64,000 bases of DNA, from contig CBDBOV010000004.1 in assembly GCA_965208575.1 (NCBI GenBank), forward strand, positions 416,001 through 480,000. Reading direction: 5' to 3'. Shown here one piece after another: positions 39,210-49,852 of the stretch (position 1 is its first letter; every line of letters starts with the position of its first letter). The notes beneath the pieces were generated by a model. That model saw nothing but the letters and a program-made list of their open reading frames with translations, did not search any database and was not told the DNA's origin. The position numbers and the translations under genes were made by a program. Source of the stretch: Spirochaetia bacterium (GTDB lineage: Bacteria; Spirochaetota; Spirochaetia; SZUA-6; Bin103).

Positions 39210-40493
39210 TCATGCCGGGTGCGAGGCGCGCCGGATGCGGAGGAGGTCGCGGGCGGTGGCGATGTCCATCTTCCCTGCTTCCGCCAGTGCGGCGGCGATT
39301 TCGGCGATCTCGACGCCGCGCGCGCCGGCGTCGTATGCCAGGCGCTCGGCGTGCAGGCGCATGTGGCCGTGCTGGATGCCCTCCGACACCAGTGCGCGCA
39401 GCGCGGCCAGGTTCTGTGCCAGCCCGACGGCGGCGGCGATGGCGGCCAGGCGGCGGCTGCCGGGGCTGCCGAGAATGCGCAGCGCGAGGCGGCTGACCGG
39501 GTGCACGCCCATGGCGCCGCCCACGGTGCCGAGCGGCAGTGGGCACTCCAGCCGGCAGTGCAACACGCCGGCGGCAACCCGGTAACCGGTGAGCGGACCG
39601 TAGCCGCTACCGGAGGCGGCCCAGCCGTGGGCAGCGGCCTCGACCGCCCGGGTGTCGTTGCCGGTCGCCTGGGCGAGCGCGGCGATGCCGTTCAGCACGC
39701 CCTTGTTGTGCGTCACGGCCCGGTCATGGTCGGCGGCGGCGATGGCGGCGGCGCGCACGATGCGCCCGGCCACTTCGGCGCCGGAGTAGCCGCCGCGCCC
39801 CAGCCGCGAGCATGGCACCTGCCCCGTTGCGCGGACCAGCGCGCGGCGGCTGGCGTTGGTGACGATCGCCATCAGCGTGCGCCCTCCGGTGAGCCGTTCC
39901 AGCAGGGGGCGTACGGCTTCGCCGGCGGTGTTGACCTTGTTCGCCCCCATGGCGTCGCGCACGTCGAGGTGGATCTCCACCTTGAGGGTGTCCCCGACCC
40001 ACTGCACCGTGAGCGCCCGAAAGCCGCCGCCGCGCCGCACCAGGCTTGCAACGGCCTCGTCCACCAGCGAGGCGATCTCCACGCGCGCCTCGCCCACGGT
40101 ATGCTCGGCATCGCCGCGCGCCTGCTCGACAAAGAGTTGTACCGTGGCGATCGGCGGGTCGGCCTCGGTGCGAATGCCGGCGCCACCCTCCCCTTCGGCC
40201 AGCAGCCGCGCGCCGTAGCTGGCGGCGGCGACCACGGAAGCCTCCTCGGTGGCCAGAGGCACGACCAGCTCCTCACCGTCCACCCGAAAACCGGTCGCCA
40301 ACCCCACCGGCAGCGGGAACGCGCCGACCGCATTCTCCACCAGCAGGTCGGCAAGCGCGCTCGTGTCCGCGTCTCCGCACAGGGCGGCCGGCAGTTCGCA
40401 ACCCAACGCGGCAGCCAGCGCGGCCCGGCGCTCGGCCAGCGGCAGCCGGCGGAACCCACGCGGCAGCACGATCGGTGGGACGGACCCGGTCAT
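39210..40493 (-). CDS. mvaA: Class II HMG-CoA reductase
   Basis: ENAVG, ATEEASVVAAAS, DAMGAN, THNKG, GNDTRA, GLAQNLAAL..L.SEGIQ.GHM.LH. Confidence 0.95.
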   Translation of the reverse strand: MTGSVPPIVLPRGFRRLPLAERRAALAAALGCELPAALCGDADTSALADLLVENAVGAFPLPVGLATGFRVDGEELVVPLATEEASVVAAASYGARLLAEGEGGAGIRTEADPPIATVQLFVEQARGDAEHTVGEARVEIASLVDEAVASLVRRGGGFRALTVQWVGDTLKVEIHLDVRDAMGANKVNTAGEAVRPLLERLTGGRTLMAIVTNASRRALVRATGQVPCSRLGRGGYSGAEVAGRIVRAAAIAAADHDRAVTHNKGVLNGIAALAQATGNDTRAVEAAAHGWAASGSGYGPLTGYRVAAGVLHCRLECPLPLGTVGGAMGVHPVSRLALRILGSPGSRRLAAIAAAVGLAQNLAALRALVSEGIQHGHMRLHAERLAYDAGARGVEIAEIAAALAEAGKMDIATARDLLRIRRASHPA

Positions 40494-40716
40494 CGTCGCG
40501 GGCGCGCCACGGTTACACCGAGACGTGCGCGACCGGCGGATCGGCGCATCCCGGGCACGCGAGGACCATCACCCTCGGACCTCCGCGGCTCCGACCGGCC
40601 GCGCGAGGCCCTTCGCTCTCCACCGGCACTCGCGCCATGGGACACTCGGCTCTGCCACCGTCCGGGGTGCACGGATCGCCGAGCCGGACGTATGCACGGA
40701 GCGATGAGAGAGACCT

Positions 40717-42072
<1,356 letters not shown>

Positions 42073-42225
42073 CGCGACCCGTAGTGTACTGCGCCACGAC
42101 GCCGTTGATAAGCCCGCCACCTCCGATGCTCTGTCCGCCGGCGCAACCGCGCCGACCGCCACGGCGCCCGTCGGCATGGAACAGGGCGCCTGTTGCGATA
42201 TATTGCTCATCCCAGACGGACAACG

Positions 42226-43566
42226 ATGCCGAACACCATCCTCGCAACCATAGACCGGCTCAAACGGGAACTCGACGCGTTGCTGCCGCTGCCGCCGGAG
42301 GTGGCGGGCCGGGTCGAGCAGAAACTGAGAATCGAGTCCAACTATCACTCCAACGCGCTCGAAGGCAACACCCTCACGCTGGCGGAGACCCGCAGCCTGT
42401 TGCTGCACGGCCTTACGGCGCGCGGCAAACCGATGCGCGAACACGTCGACATCGAGGGCTACGACCGGGCAGTCAAGGAACTCACGCGCATGGCCAGCGA
42501 AGGGCAGCCGCTGAGCGAGTCTTTCATCCGCAACCTGCACCGCGTGCTGCTCAAGGAACCCTACGAAGTCGAAACCGTCGCCGACGATGGCAGAAACACG
42601 CGCCGGCCCATCGCCGTCGGCGCTTACAAGAGCGCCGCCAACAACGTCGTGACCTCCACCGGGGAAACCTACTATTTCACGCCGCCGGAACAGGTCCCGT
42701 ACGCGATGCGCGAACTGGTCGACTGGTACCATGCGCAGGAAGCTCAGGGCGAGCATCCGATCATCATCGCGGCGATCTTCCACTACCGGTTCGTCCGCAT
42801 CCATCCGTTCGACGATGGCAATGGTCGCATGGCGCGCCTGCTGATGAACCGGATCCTGCTGGAGCACGGCTATCCCCTTGCCATCGTCCACCGAGACAAC
42901 CGGGACCGCTACCTGCAGGAACTCGAACGCGCCGACCACACCGAAGACCCCGGCCAGTTCATCGACTACATCGCGTCCTGCTGCGAGTATCCCCTCAACC
43001 TCTACCTGCGCGCCGCCCGCGGCGAGCCGATCGAAGACAGCGACGAAATCGACCGCGAGATCGCGATGTTCCGGCAGGCGCTCGTCGATGGTGATGGAAC
43101 CCCGGATCACGTGCATCTGAGGCGGCACGTGACCGACGTCGTGCTGCCGTTCCATTCCTACTGCCGGACGAAGTTCCTGGCACTTACCTGCGACCTGTTC
43201 AGCCCGGGTGCGGAGTCGCTGCCGCAGATTTCCGGACACAACGCCGACGGCCGCCATTTTCGCGTCGCGCGGGCCACGGTGGCCGACCGGGTCCCCGAAC
43301 AGGCATCCGACGCAGCCATCGAATTCGGCTTCTCCTGCGTCGACTTCAAGGACACCGATTGGTCGATTACCACGGTCATCAGGAACACGCTCAGGCGGCG
43401 CCAGTGCGAGTGGGAACTGCTGATCTTCTACGTCTCGCCCGCCGCCAGCGACTTCTCCACGCGGTGCGAGAGCGCCGACCTCGACCAGTTGCGCCATGCA
43501 TTCAACCGGCTGCTGCGAGACATGATGAGAACCATCGACCAATGGGACTCGCAGGCCGAGAGCTGA
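42226..43566 (+). CDS. Fic-family protein with N-terminal autoinhibitory motif
   Basis: HPFDDGNGRMAR; SNALEGN. Confidence 0.93.
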   Translation: MPNTILATIDRLKRELDALLPLPPEVAGRVEQKLRIESNYHSNALEGNTLTLAETRSLLLHGLTARGKPMREHVDIEGYDRAVKELTRMASEGQPLSESFIRNLHRVLLKEPYEVETVADDGRNTRRPIAVGAYKSAANNVVTSTGETYYFTPPEQVPYAMRELVDWYHAQEAQGEHPIIIAAIFHYRFVRIHPFDDGNGRMARLLMNRILLEHGYPLAIVHRDNRDRYLQELERADHTEDPGQFIDYIASCCEYPLNLYLRAARGEPIEDSDEIDREIAMFRQALVDGDGTPDHVHLRRHVTDVVLPFHSYCRTKFLALTCDLFSPGAESLPQISGHNADGRHFRVARATVADRVPEQASDAAIEFGFSCVDFKDTDWSITTVIRNTLRRRQCEWELLIFYVSPAASDFSTRCESADLDQLRHAFNRLLRDMMRTIDQWDSQAES

Positions 43567-43577
43567 CCTTCGGAGCG

Positions 43578-44735
43578 CTACTGCGCCAGCGTCCCACGAC
43601 CGAGGCGGCGTACGAACTCGGCGGCGGGGAGGATGTCGATGCCGTCGTCGGTGCGGCGGGCGCGCGGTTCCAGGCAGACGACGATGCGCCGGCGAACGGC
43701 GGGATGCTCTTCGGCGAGCGTGCGCAGACCGCGCAGGTGGTCGCGGGTGATGCGGGCGCTCGCCTTTGCCTCCACCGCCAGCTCCATGTCGCCGAGCACG
43801 AAGTCCACCTCGATGCCGCTCGGCAGCCGCCAGTAGGCCAGGTCGAGGTCCCAATCGTGGTACTCGATACCGGCGGACAGCTCGTGAAAGACCCAGTTCT
43901 CGAACGCCTTCCCGTACAGCGGGGCTCCGGGAGTCAGCTCGCCGCGCCGGGTCAAGCGGTTCACCACCCCCACGTCGGCGAAGTAGAACTTCGGGGCACC
44001 GATCACACGGCGCTTGCGCCGCCGGCGGTATGCGTTCAGCCGGCGCCCGAGCAGCGTGTCTTCCAGAATCTCGAAGTATGCCTTGGCAGTGGGGCTCGAC
44101 ACCCCGCACTCGCGTGCGACGTTGGAGAAGTTGACCATCTCCCCGTCGCTGAGTGCGGCGGCGTCCAGGAAGCCGGAAAACGCCGGCAGGTTGCGGACCA
44201 GACCCTCGGCGGCGACCTCCTCGCGCAGGTAGTCGGCGACGTAGGCGTCGAGCAGCCGGCGCGCGCGAGCCGCCTGGTAGATGCGCGGCAGGTAACCGTG
44301 GTTCAGCATCCGGTCCAGGTCGAAGGCGGCGCCCAGTTCGGCGGCGGTGAGACCGCGCAGCTCGTAGCGTACGGCCCGCCCGCCGAGCAAGTTGGCGGCA
44401 CCGCGGCGCACCTTGCGGGCGCTCGATCCGCACAGGGCAAAGTGGTGACCGCGATTCTCGATCAGCCAGTGCACCTCGTCGAGCAGCGCCGGCACCTTCT
44501 GCACCTCGTCGATCACGACCTGCCGCCCGGCGTGCGCCGGCTCCGATGCCAACTCCTCGCGCAGCAGCTCGGGTCGATCGAGGTACCGGCGGAACACCTC
44601 GCTCTTCAGCAGGTCGACCCAGAGCGCATCGGGGTAGTGGCGCCTGAGCAAGGTGCTCTTGCCGGCCTGCCGCGGCCCCCACAGAAAGAAGGTCTCGCGA
44701 CCCGACTCCGGAAGAATCAGCGATCGTTCGAACAT
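43578..44735 (-). CDS. AAA_14 ATPase with DUF4143 domain
   Basis: GPRQAGKST, IDEVQK, CGSS, PKFYFADVG, EVDFV..AVEAK. Confidence 0.92.
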   Translation of the reverse strand: MFERSLILPESGRETFFLWGPRQAGKSTLLRRHYPDALWVDLLKSEVFRRYLDRPELLREELASEPAHAGRQVVIDEVQKVPALLDEVHWLIENRGHHFALCGSSARKVRRGAANLLGGRAVRYELRGLTAAELGAAFDLDRMLNHGYLPRIYQAARARRLLDAYVADYLREEVAAEGLVRNLPAFSGFLDAAALSDGEMVNFSNVARECGVSSPTAKAYFEILEDTLLGRRLNAYRRRRKRRVIGAPKFYFADVGVVNRLTRRGELTPGAPLYGKAFENWVFHELSAGIEYHDWDLDLAYWRLPSGIEVDFVLGDMELAVEAKASARITRDHLRGLRTLAEEHPAVRRRIVVCLEPRARRTDDGIDILPAAEFVRRLGRGTLAQ

Positions 44736-44775
44736 GTACTTTAAGATATCATGATAATTTGAAGTACAACATTGG

Positions 44776-45138
44776 CTAGCGGATGTAGTAGCCGGACACC
44801 CGCCACGCTTCGCTGTCCCACATGACGGTGACGGTCTCCACCGCGTTCTTCTTGTTGGCATAGGAGGCTTCGAAGCGAAGGACCCAGTAGCGGCCATCGG
44901 GAGCACCGGGAAGTGTCTCGTGATACTCGGCCGCTGCCACGGAGCGGGACACAAGCCTGCCCATCGGCTCGAGCGCGCCCCGGAGCGCTTGAGCAAGCTG
45001 CTCCTCGGTCACGGCTCCGCGCATCAGCCCGGCCGCGGTCGACCAGCAGGCCGGGTACCCGCCGGCATCGAGCAGACCCAGCCACGCCTGCGCGGCTCCC
45101 AAGGCCTCGTCCCGCTCAGCCACGGGAACACCACCCAC
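44776..45138 (-). CDS. DUF4019-domain protein
   Basis: AQAWL.LLDAG.Y, LPGAPDG.Y, AVETVT, WRVSGYYIR. Confidence 0.85.
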   Translation of the reverse strand: MGGVPVAERDEALGAAQAWLGLLDAGGYPACWSTAAGLMRGAVTEEQLAQALRGALEPMGRLVSRSVAAAEYHETLPGAPDGRYWVLRFEASYANKKNAVETVTVMWDSEAWRVSGYYIR

Positions 45139-45360
45139 GGCAAGCCTGCCCGTCGCCCCCTGTCATCCCGTGAACAGTCTACCCGATTTGTCCACTTCAC
45201 CGCGCAAGCACAGCCCTCCACGCAGCGCCGGCGATGAATTCAGAACTCATTGGTTCAGGTGGTGGCCGTTCGTGGCCCACAATCCGTATATTGAGACCGT
45301 TCGTTCCAGAAATCGTCCGTCCGAGTACGACGGATCCAACGCAGCAACATGGAGTGACTG

Positions 45361-45897
45361 ATGCCGACCGAACAGAACAAGCTTTACCTCTACGAGGCGC
45401 TGGAGTTGCGGGCCGAATACGACGCCCGCATCAAGACCTTCCGCGACTGCCTGCCGGAGACGCGCAGGAACCGGGACCGCCTCGGCATGTACCGCGGTGA
45501 CGAGGGGCAGCTTCGCGCCGCTGACGACTTCGACGTGGCGGCAGTGCAGAAGTCGCTACATTCGCTGGAGCACAAGCGGCGCAAGCTCAACAACGCCATC
45601 CAGCGCGCCAACTACGCCCACACCGTGAGCGCCGGCGGCGAGACGCTTGACTTGAGCGAAGCACTCGAGTTGCGCAAGGGCCTGTCCGACCGCATCGGTG
45701 AGCTGCACACCCAGGGCGTGCAGTCCGCCTACGTGCGCGTCATCTACAAGGAAGACCGCGACATCGTGGAGCCCAACGAAGACACCTTCGCCGCGAGTAT
45801 CGAGCGCTTGGAGTCGGCGCGCCGGGCATTCCGAGACTTGAACCGTGCCCTGCGCGCGGCAAGCTTCACGGTGGTGGTCGACTTCGCGGACGAGTAG
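45361..45897 (+). CDS. DIP1984-like (so-called septicolysin-like) helical protein
   Basis: Two-fold internal repeat LYEALELRAEYDARI / LSEALELRKGLSDRI, each followed by a coiled coil ending I/L..A; GGAG RBS. Confidence 0.7.
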   Translation: MPTEQNKLYLYEALELRAEYDARIKTFRDCLPETRRNRDRLGMYRGDEGQLRAADDFDVAAVQKSLHSLEHKRRKLNNAIQRANYAHTVSAGGETLDLSEALELRKGLSDRIGELHTQGVQSAYVRVIYKEDRDIVEPNEDTFAASIERLESARRAFRDLNRALRAASFTVVVDFADE

Positions 45898-45914
45898 CGC
45901 GAGCCAACAAACAA

Positions 45915-46119
45915 GAGCAGGAGACGGGGGAGTAAGTGCGAGTCTCCCGGCGACGGGAGCGTAGCCCAGTGGATCGGCGACTGCGACAGCGATAAACCTG
46001 CGGTTTGAAACGCCATAGTTCCCGGCGAAGCCCGGCAGCCAGGCAGTATCTCAGCGTCACAGCAAGCACAGCCCGACAGCGAGTCAGCATCATGACTCCG
46101 AGTCTCCTGCTCCTTTCTT
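45915..46119 (+). ncRNA. Candidate structured ncRNA with a periodic CAGY tract
   Basis: 11-bp closing stem GAGCAGGAGAC/GTCTCCTGCTC, GNRA hairpin CTCCCG-GCGA-CGGGAG, seven CAGY motifs at 8-9 nt spacing, pyrimidine tail. Confidence 0.65.
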
Positions 46120-47172
46120 GGTACCGCCTCGGCACGATGCAACGAGGTCGGATCGGGAGGCGATCAGCCGCTGCAACCGGTCGCGCACACGCGAGCTGCA
46201 GAACGATGCCCGGACCGCGGCGCAAGTGAACCCGCGCAACTCCGCGGCGGAGAATCCGAGCTTCGCGGCGATCGCGTACTCGCGCCCGATGGTGGTGCAA
46301 GCGCGCACCGGATCGTCGGTACAGATCGCCACCGGTACCCCGCGTTCCACGAACCGGCGTATGGGATGGCACTCGTAGCTCTCCACCGCGCCGAGCACCA
46401 CGTTGCTGGTAAGTGCGCACTCGATGGTCACGCCGCGGGCGGCGATCCGGTCGAGCAGGCGCGGGTCGGCGGAGGCGGCGAGCGCATGGCCGATGCGCGT
46501 CAGGCCGGGCACGTCAAGTGCCTCCGCCAAGTGCAGCGCGCAGAACTCGCCCGCGTGGGCGGCGATGCCCAATCCGGCGTCGCGTGCCCGTCCGGCCCAG
46601 CGGTGTACCACCGACCAGTCTGCCGGTTGGTCGTAGGGCACCGGCAGGATGTTCAGCCCGGCCAGGCCGCTCCGGGCAGCGGCCAGGCAGCGCGGCAACA
46701 AGGTGGCGGCCCACTCGTCGGTAACCGGCGCTACCACTAGCGGTACCGCGTGGAATCGCGGATAGCGGTCACGCACGGCGGCCAGGGACGTCGCGAACTT
46801 GTCAAGGAAGTCGTCGCGCAGGATGGTCCGGGCGCCGAACATCACTTCGACCAGGAGAGCGCCGTCTTTCGCTGCTTCGACCAGGACGCGGCAGATACGG
46901 GTTTCGAGATGGTCCTGGTTGCCGTCCACCTCGTCCACCCAGGAACGGGGATACGGCAGGTCGGGGGTCCACGTCTCCAGGCGTGCCATGCCCGGCGCCC
47001 GGTCGCGCATCAGTTCCCGCGCCTTGACCCGCCAGTCGGTGCCGCGTCGCCCGGTGCGCTGCGCGAGCACCTGCTCCAGGCGCGCGCCCGATTCGGCGTG
47101 CACGTGGATGTCCGCCTTCGGCAACGCCGCGATTGCAGGAGCGATCCGGACATCGGAAAGCGGCTCAATCAT
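46090..47172 (-). CDS. Adenosine deaminase-family amidohydrolase
   Basis: LPKADIHVH, AHAGE, RIGH, SNV.LG, TDDP. Confidence 0.88.
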   Translation of the reverse strand: MIEPLSDVRIAPAIAALPKADIHVHAESGARLEQVLAQRTGRRGTDWRVKARELMRDRAPGMARLETWTPDLPYPRSWVDEVDGNQDHLETRICRVLVEAAKDGALLVEVMFGARTILRDDFLDKFATSLAAVRDRYPRFHAVPLVVAPVTDEWAATLLPRCLAAARSGLAGLNILPVPYDQPADWSVVHRWAGRARDAGLGIAAHAGEFCALHLAEALDVPGLTRIGHALAASADPRLLDRIAARGVTIECALTSNVVLGAVESYECHPIRRFVERGVPVAICTDDPVRACTTIGREYAIAAKLGFSAAELRGFTCAAVRASFCSSRVRDRLQRLIASRSDLVASCRGGTKKGAGDSES

Positions 47173-47759
47173 AGGGCCCGGAGCACGCGAGAGCCGAGGG
47201 AGGTCAGAGTGTAGCCGGTGTCGTGGCTGATGGTGAGGCCGAGGGCCTTCAACTTGCGCACGTTGCTCTTGAAGGGAGCAGTTTCCCGCCCAAGCTGCGG
47301 CGCCAGCCGGGAGGCCGCCACCCGGGGATGGGCGTCGATCAGGGCCAGCGTGGCGCCGGTCCACGGGCCCGCGCGGCTGCGGGCGTCCATGTTGCGCAGC
47401 CGGGCCAGCAGGTCTTGCAGCACGTCCTCGGCGACGTCGGCAGACACGTCAGCCACCGGGGTGCGCGGGTCGGGAAGGTAGCGAAACCGAATCTCGAACA
47501 CGGTGTCGGGATGATGACCGGCGCCCGCCGGGGAAAGCTGCCGCAACAGGGCGTCCCGAGACGCGAACCCGGACGCGCGCGCCGCGGCATCGGTGATCTG
47601 CGCCACGGGCGCTTCGCGCACGTGGTCCACCGCGACCACGCCGTCGGCGTTGAGCCGGTACCGGTTGCCCACCTTCACGCGGGCGCGCTTCCAGGCCCGG
47701 TACGTGACAGTGATCGCACCGTTCGCTATCGGTTCGTGAAACGAGTATTTGAAGAGCAC
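47169..47759 (-). CDS. ASCH/PUA-like domain protein with C-terminal wHTH-like region
   Basis: MLFK....I..G.ITVTYRAW.RARVKVG, A.ASGF; FKSNVRKLKALGLT.S...GY.LT. Confidence 0.75.
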   Translation of the reverse strand: MLFKYSFHEPIANGAITVTYRAWKRARVKVGNRYRLNADGVVAVDHVREAPVAQITDAAARASGFASRDALLRQLSPAGAGHHPDTVFEIRFRYLPDPRTPVADVSADVAEDVLQDLLARLRNMDARSRAGPWTGATLALIDAHPRVAASRLAPQLGRETAPFKSNVRKLKALGLTISHDTGYTLTSLGSRVLRAL

Positions 47760-48163
47760 GGCGGCTATCGCCACCGGATCGACCGGAGCCGACCGGCTTG
47801 GCTTCCAGACTCGAATCTTAAGCCATGCCGGCGCGACATGCGAGCGGCGGATGGCGGGACTGGCGGCCGGGTACGAACGCCGAACGCGCTACTTCGGACC
47901 CAAGTGGTTAGCGTGCGAGGCAGCCCCGCGGACCGACAGATCGCGAACAAGAAATCGAAAAAAAATCGTGCGTACCCCTTGACACGATTCTCGGTGCTCG
48001 TGGTGGCTCGCCACGGCGCGCGGCGGCCCCTCCGACGCTCCGAGAGTGACTCGGTCTCCGTGGACGCAACAGCGCCCCGCTCAGCGGCCTTATGGGCGCC
48101 GTTTCAGCGCTGTCGAGGACTCGGAAGATTCGGTTATTTCTAATCCCATGGTATACTTACGGT

Positions 48164-49831
48164 ATGGATACCGTGCCCTCTCCCGCCCTCTGGTCCACCG
48201 TCGCCGCGCTCCCCGACTACCTCCTCCTGAGGCAGACTCGGCAGCTCGCCCGGCACGAGCAGGCGCTGCAGATCCTGGTCCTCGACCACCTTCGCGAGAT
48301 CGAGGTGCGCAGCCTGCACCTGACCCGCGGCTACGGGAGCCTGTTCGACTACGTGGTGCACGAACTGGGCTACACCGCGGCCGCCGCCTGGCGGCGCATC
48401 AAGGCGATGCGGTTGTGCAGCCAGACCAGCGGCGCGCGCGAACTGCTGCAGGACGGCTCGCTGAACCTGAGCAACGCGGCCCAACTGCAGAACCTGTTCG
48501 AGCGCAGCGACCGCGGCCACGGCCGCCCGCCGGGCGGTGAGGCAACGGGTAGCGGGCCGGGCGGGGAGCGGCAGAGTGACGGCGCACCGGGGGAACCGGT
48601 GTCGGCGACACCGATGCGCACCGGGGAGCGCGATCCGGCACCGGTAGCCGGACCGGTGCTGGACGCCGCGGCGCGGGAGCAGTTGGTCAAGCAGGCCGCG
48701 GGCAAGAGCACGCGCGAACTGCAGCAGATGCTGGCCGACGTGGATCCGGAGTTGGCGCAGCCGAGCGACCGGATGCGCGCGCTCGGGAGCGGGCGCTGGG
48801 AGCTGAAGGCGACGATCGACGCGGAATGCCGGCATGGGCTGGAGAAGCTGCAGATGTTGCTGTCACACCAGGACCCGCAACTGACGCTGGGTGGGCTGGT
48901 GGCGCGGTTGGTGCGGGACGGCCTGGACCGCTACGACCCGGCGCGTCCGCGGCGCGCGCGGCGCACCGGCGGTCGCGGCTCGGAAGTGGGAGAGCGAACC
49001 GAGAGCACGCCGGCGCGGCACGACACGGCGGCGGTGCAGCGGAGCACGGCCCGCGCGAAGGGAGGCGAAGTCGAACGCCGGAGCGAGGCCGCGCAGGATG
49101 GCGCATCGCCCGCGGCGGCCGTTCCGAATTGCGTGCCCGGTCTCTCGGCGGCGAAGCGGCAGACGGAGAACGAACGCGGCAGCACGAAGTCCACGGCGGT
49201 GCGGGGTCTTGTCCACCGCTCAGATTCGGCGGCGAAGCGCCGCTCGGAAGTTGAGCACGGCAACGCCGCAACCGCGACGTCACCGCGCAGCGGCGGGGAC
49301 ACCGCTTCGCCGGCGAAGCGCCACGGGCAAGCCGAACTCGGCAGCACGTCGCGTGCGCCGGCGCGGGACAGCGGCGGTCGGACCACTTCGGCGGCGAAGC
49401 GTCCTACGGAGGCCGAGCGCGGCAGCACGAAGTCCGCGCCGTGGCGGGACGGCGGCGAGCGCACCACTTCGGCGGCGAAGCGGCTTGCATACGGCGACCA
49501 GTATGGCACAGTTGGGCCGGCGGAGCGTTCGTCGGCCCTGGAGCGGCACCTCGCCGCGTTGAGCTGCTTCAGCACGCTGCCGGGCTCCCGGTCACGGTAT
49601 ATCCCGGCCGCCGTGAGGCGGGAGGTGTGGCGGCGCGACCAGGGTTGTTGCAGCTATGTCGACCGCCACAGCGGCCGGCGCTGCGGTTCTCGCTATCGGC
49701 TGGAGATCGACCACATCGTGCCGTTCGCGCTCGGCGGCGCTACCGAGCTGCTCAATCTCAGGCTCCGCTGCAAAGCCCACCACAGGTTGCGCCACGCTCA
49801 GCGCCACCCCAACGCGGGGAGTGGGCCGTAG
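48164..49831 (+). CDS. HNH endonuclease with DUF222-like N-terminus and repeat linker
   Basis: HLREIE...GYGSLFDY....LGY....A.RRI.AMRL; C-term RDQGCC..C....LEIDHIVP...GG.....NLRLRC..HH. Confidence 0.88.
   Translation: MDTVPSPALWSTVAALPDYLLLRQTRQLARHEQALQILVLDHLREIEVRSLHLTRGYGSLFDYVVHELGYTAAAAWRRIKAMRLCSQTSGARELLQDGSLNLSNAAQLQNLFERSDRGHGRPPGGEATGSGPGGERQSDGAPGEPVSATPMRTGERDPAPVAGPVLDAAAREQLVKQAAGKSTRELQQMLADVDPELAQPSDRMRALGSGRWELKATIDAECRHGLEKLQMLLSHQDPQLTLGGLVARLVRDGLDRYDPARPRRARRTGGRGSEVGERTESTPARHDTAAVQRSTARAKGGEVERRSEAAQDGASPAAAVPNCVPGLSAAKRQTENERGSTKSTAVRGLVHRSDSAAKRRSEVEHGNAATATSPRSGGDTASPAKRHGQAELGSTSRAPARDSGGRTTSAAKRPTEAERGSTKSAPWRDGGERTTSAAKRLAYGDQYGTVGPAERSSALERHLAALSCFSTLPGSRSRYIPAAVRREVWRRDQGCCSYVDRHSGRRCGSRYRLEIDHIVPFALGGATELLNLRLRCKAHHRLRHAQRHPNAGSGP
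49145..49483 (+). repeat. In-frame 81-bp (27-aa) degenerate tandem repeats
   Basis: TCGSCGGCGAAGCG (S-A/P-A-K-R) at 49145, 49226, 49307, 49388 and 49469. Confidence 0.9.
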
Positions 49832-49852
49832 CCGAACGCCTGCGGTCGGCCT

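Noticed and set aside
49145-49483. CRISPR-like regular repeat spacing
   Set aside because: The conserved core is only 14 nt, the 81-bp period is in frame within a CDS, the spacers are mutually similar, and no cas genes are present
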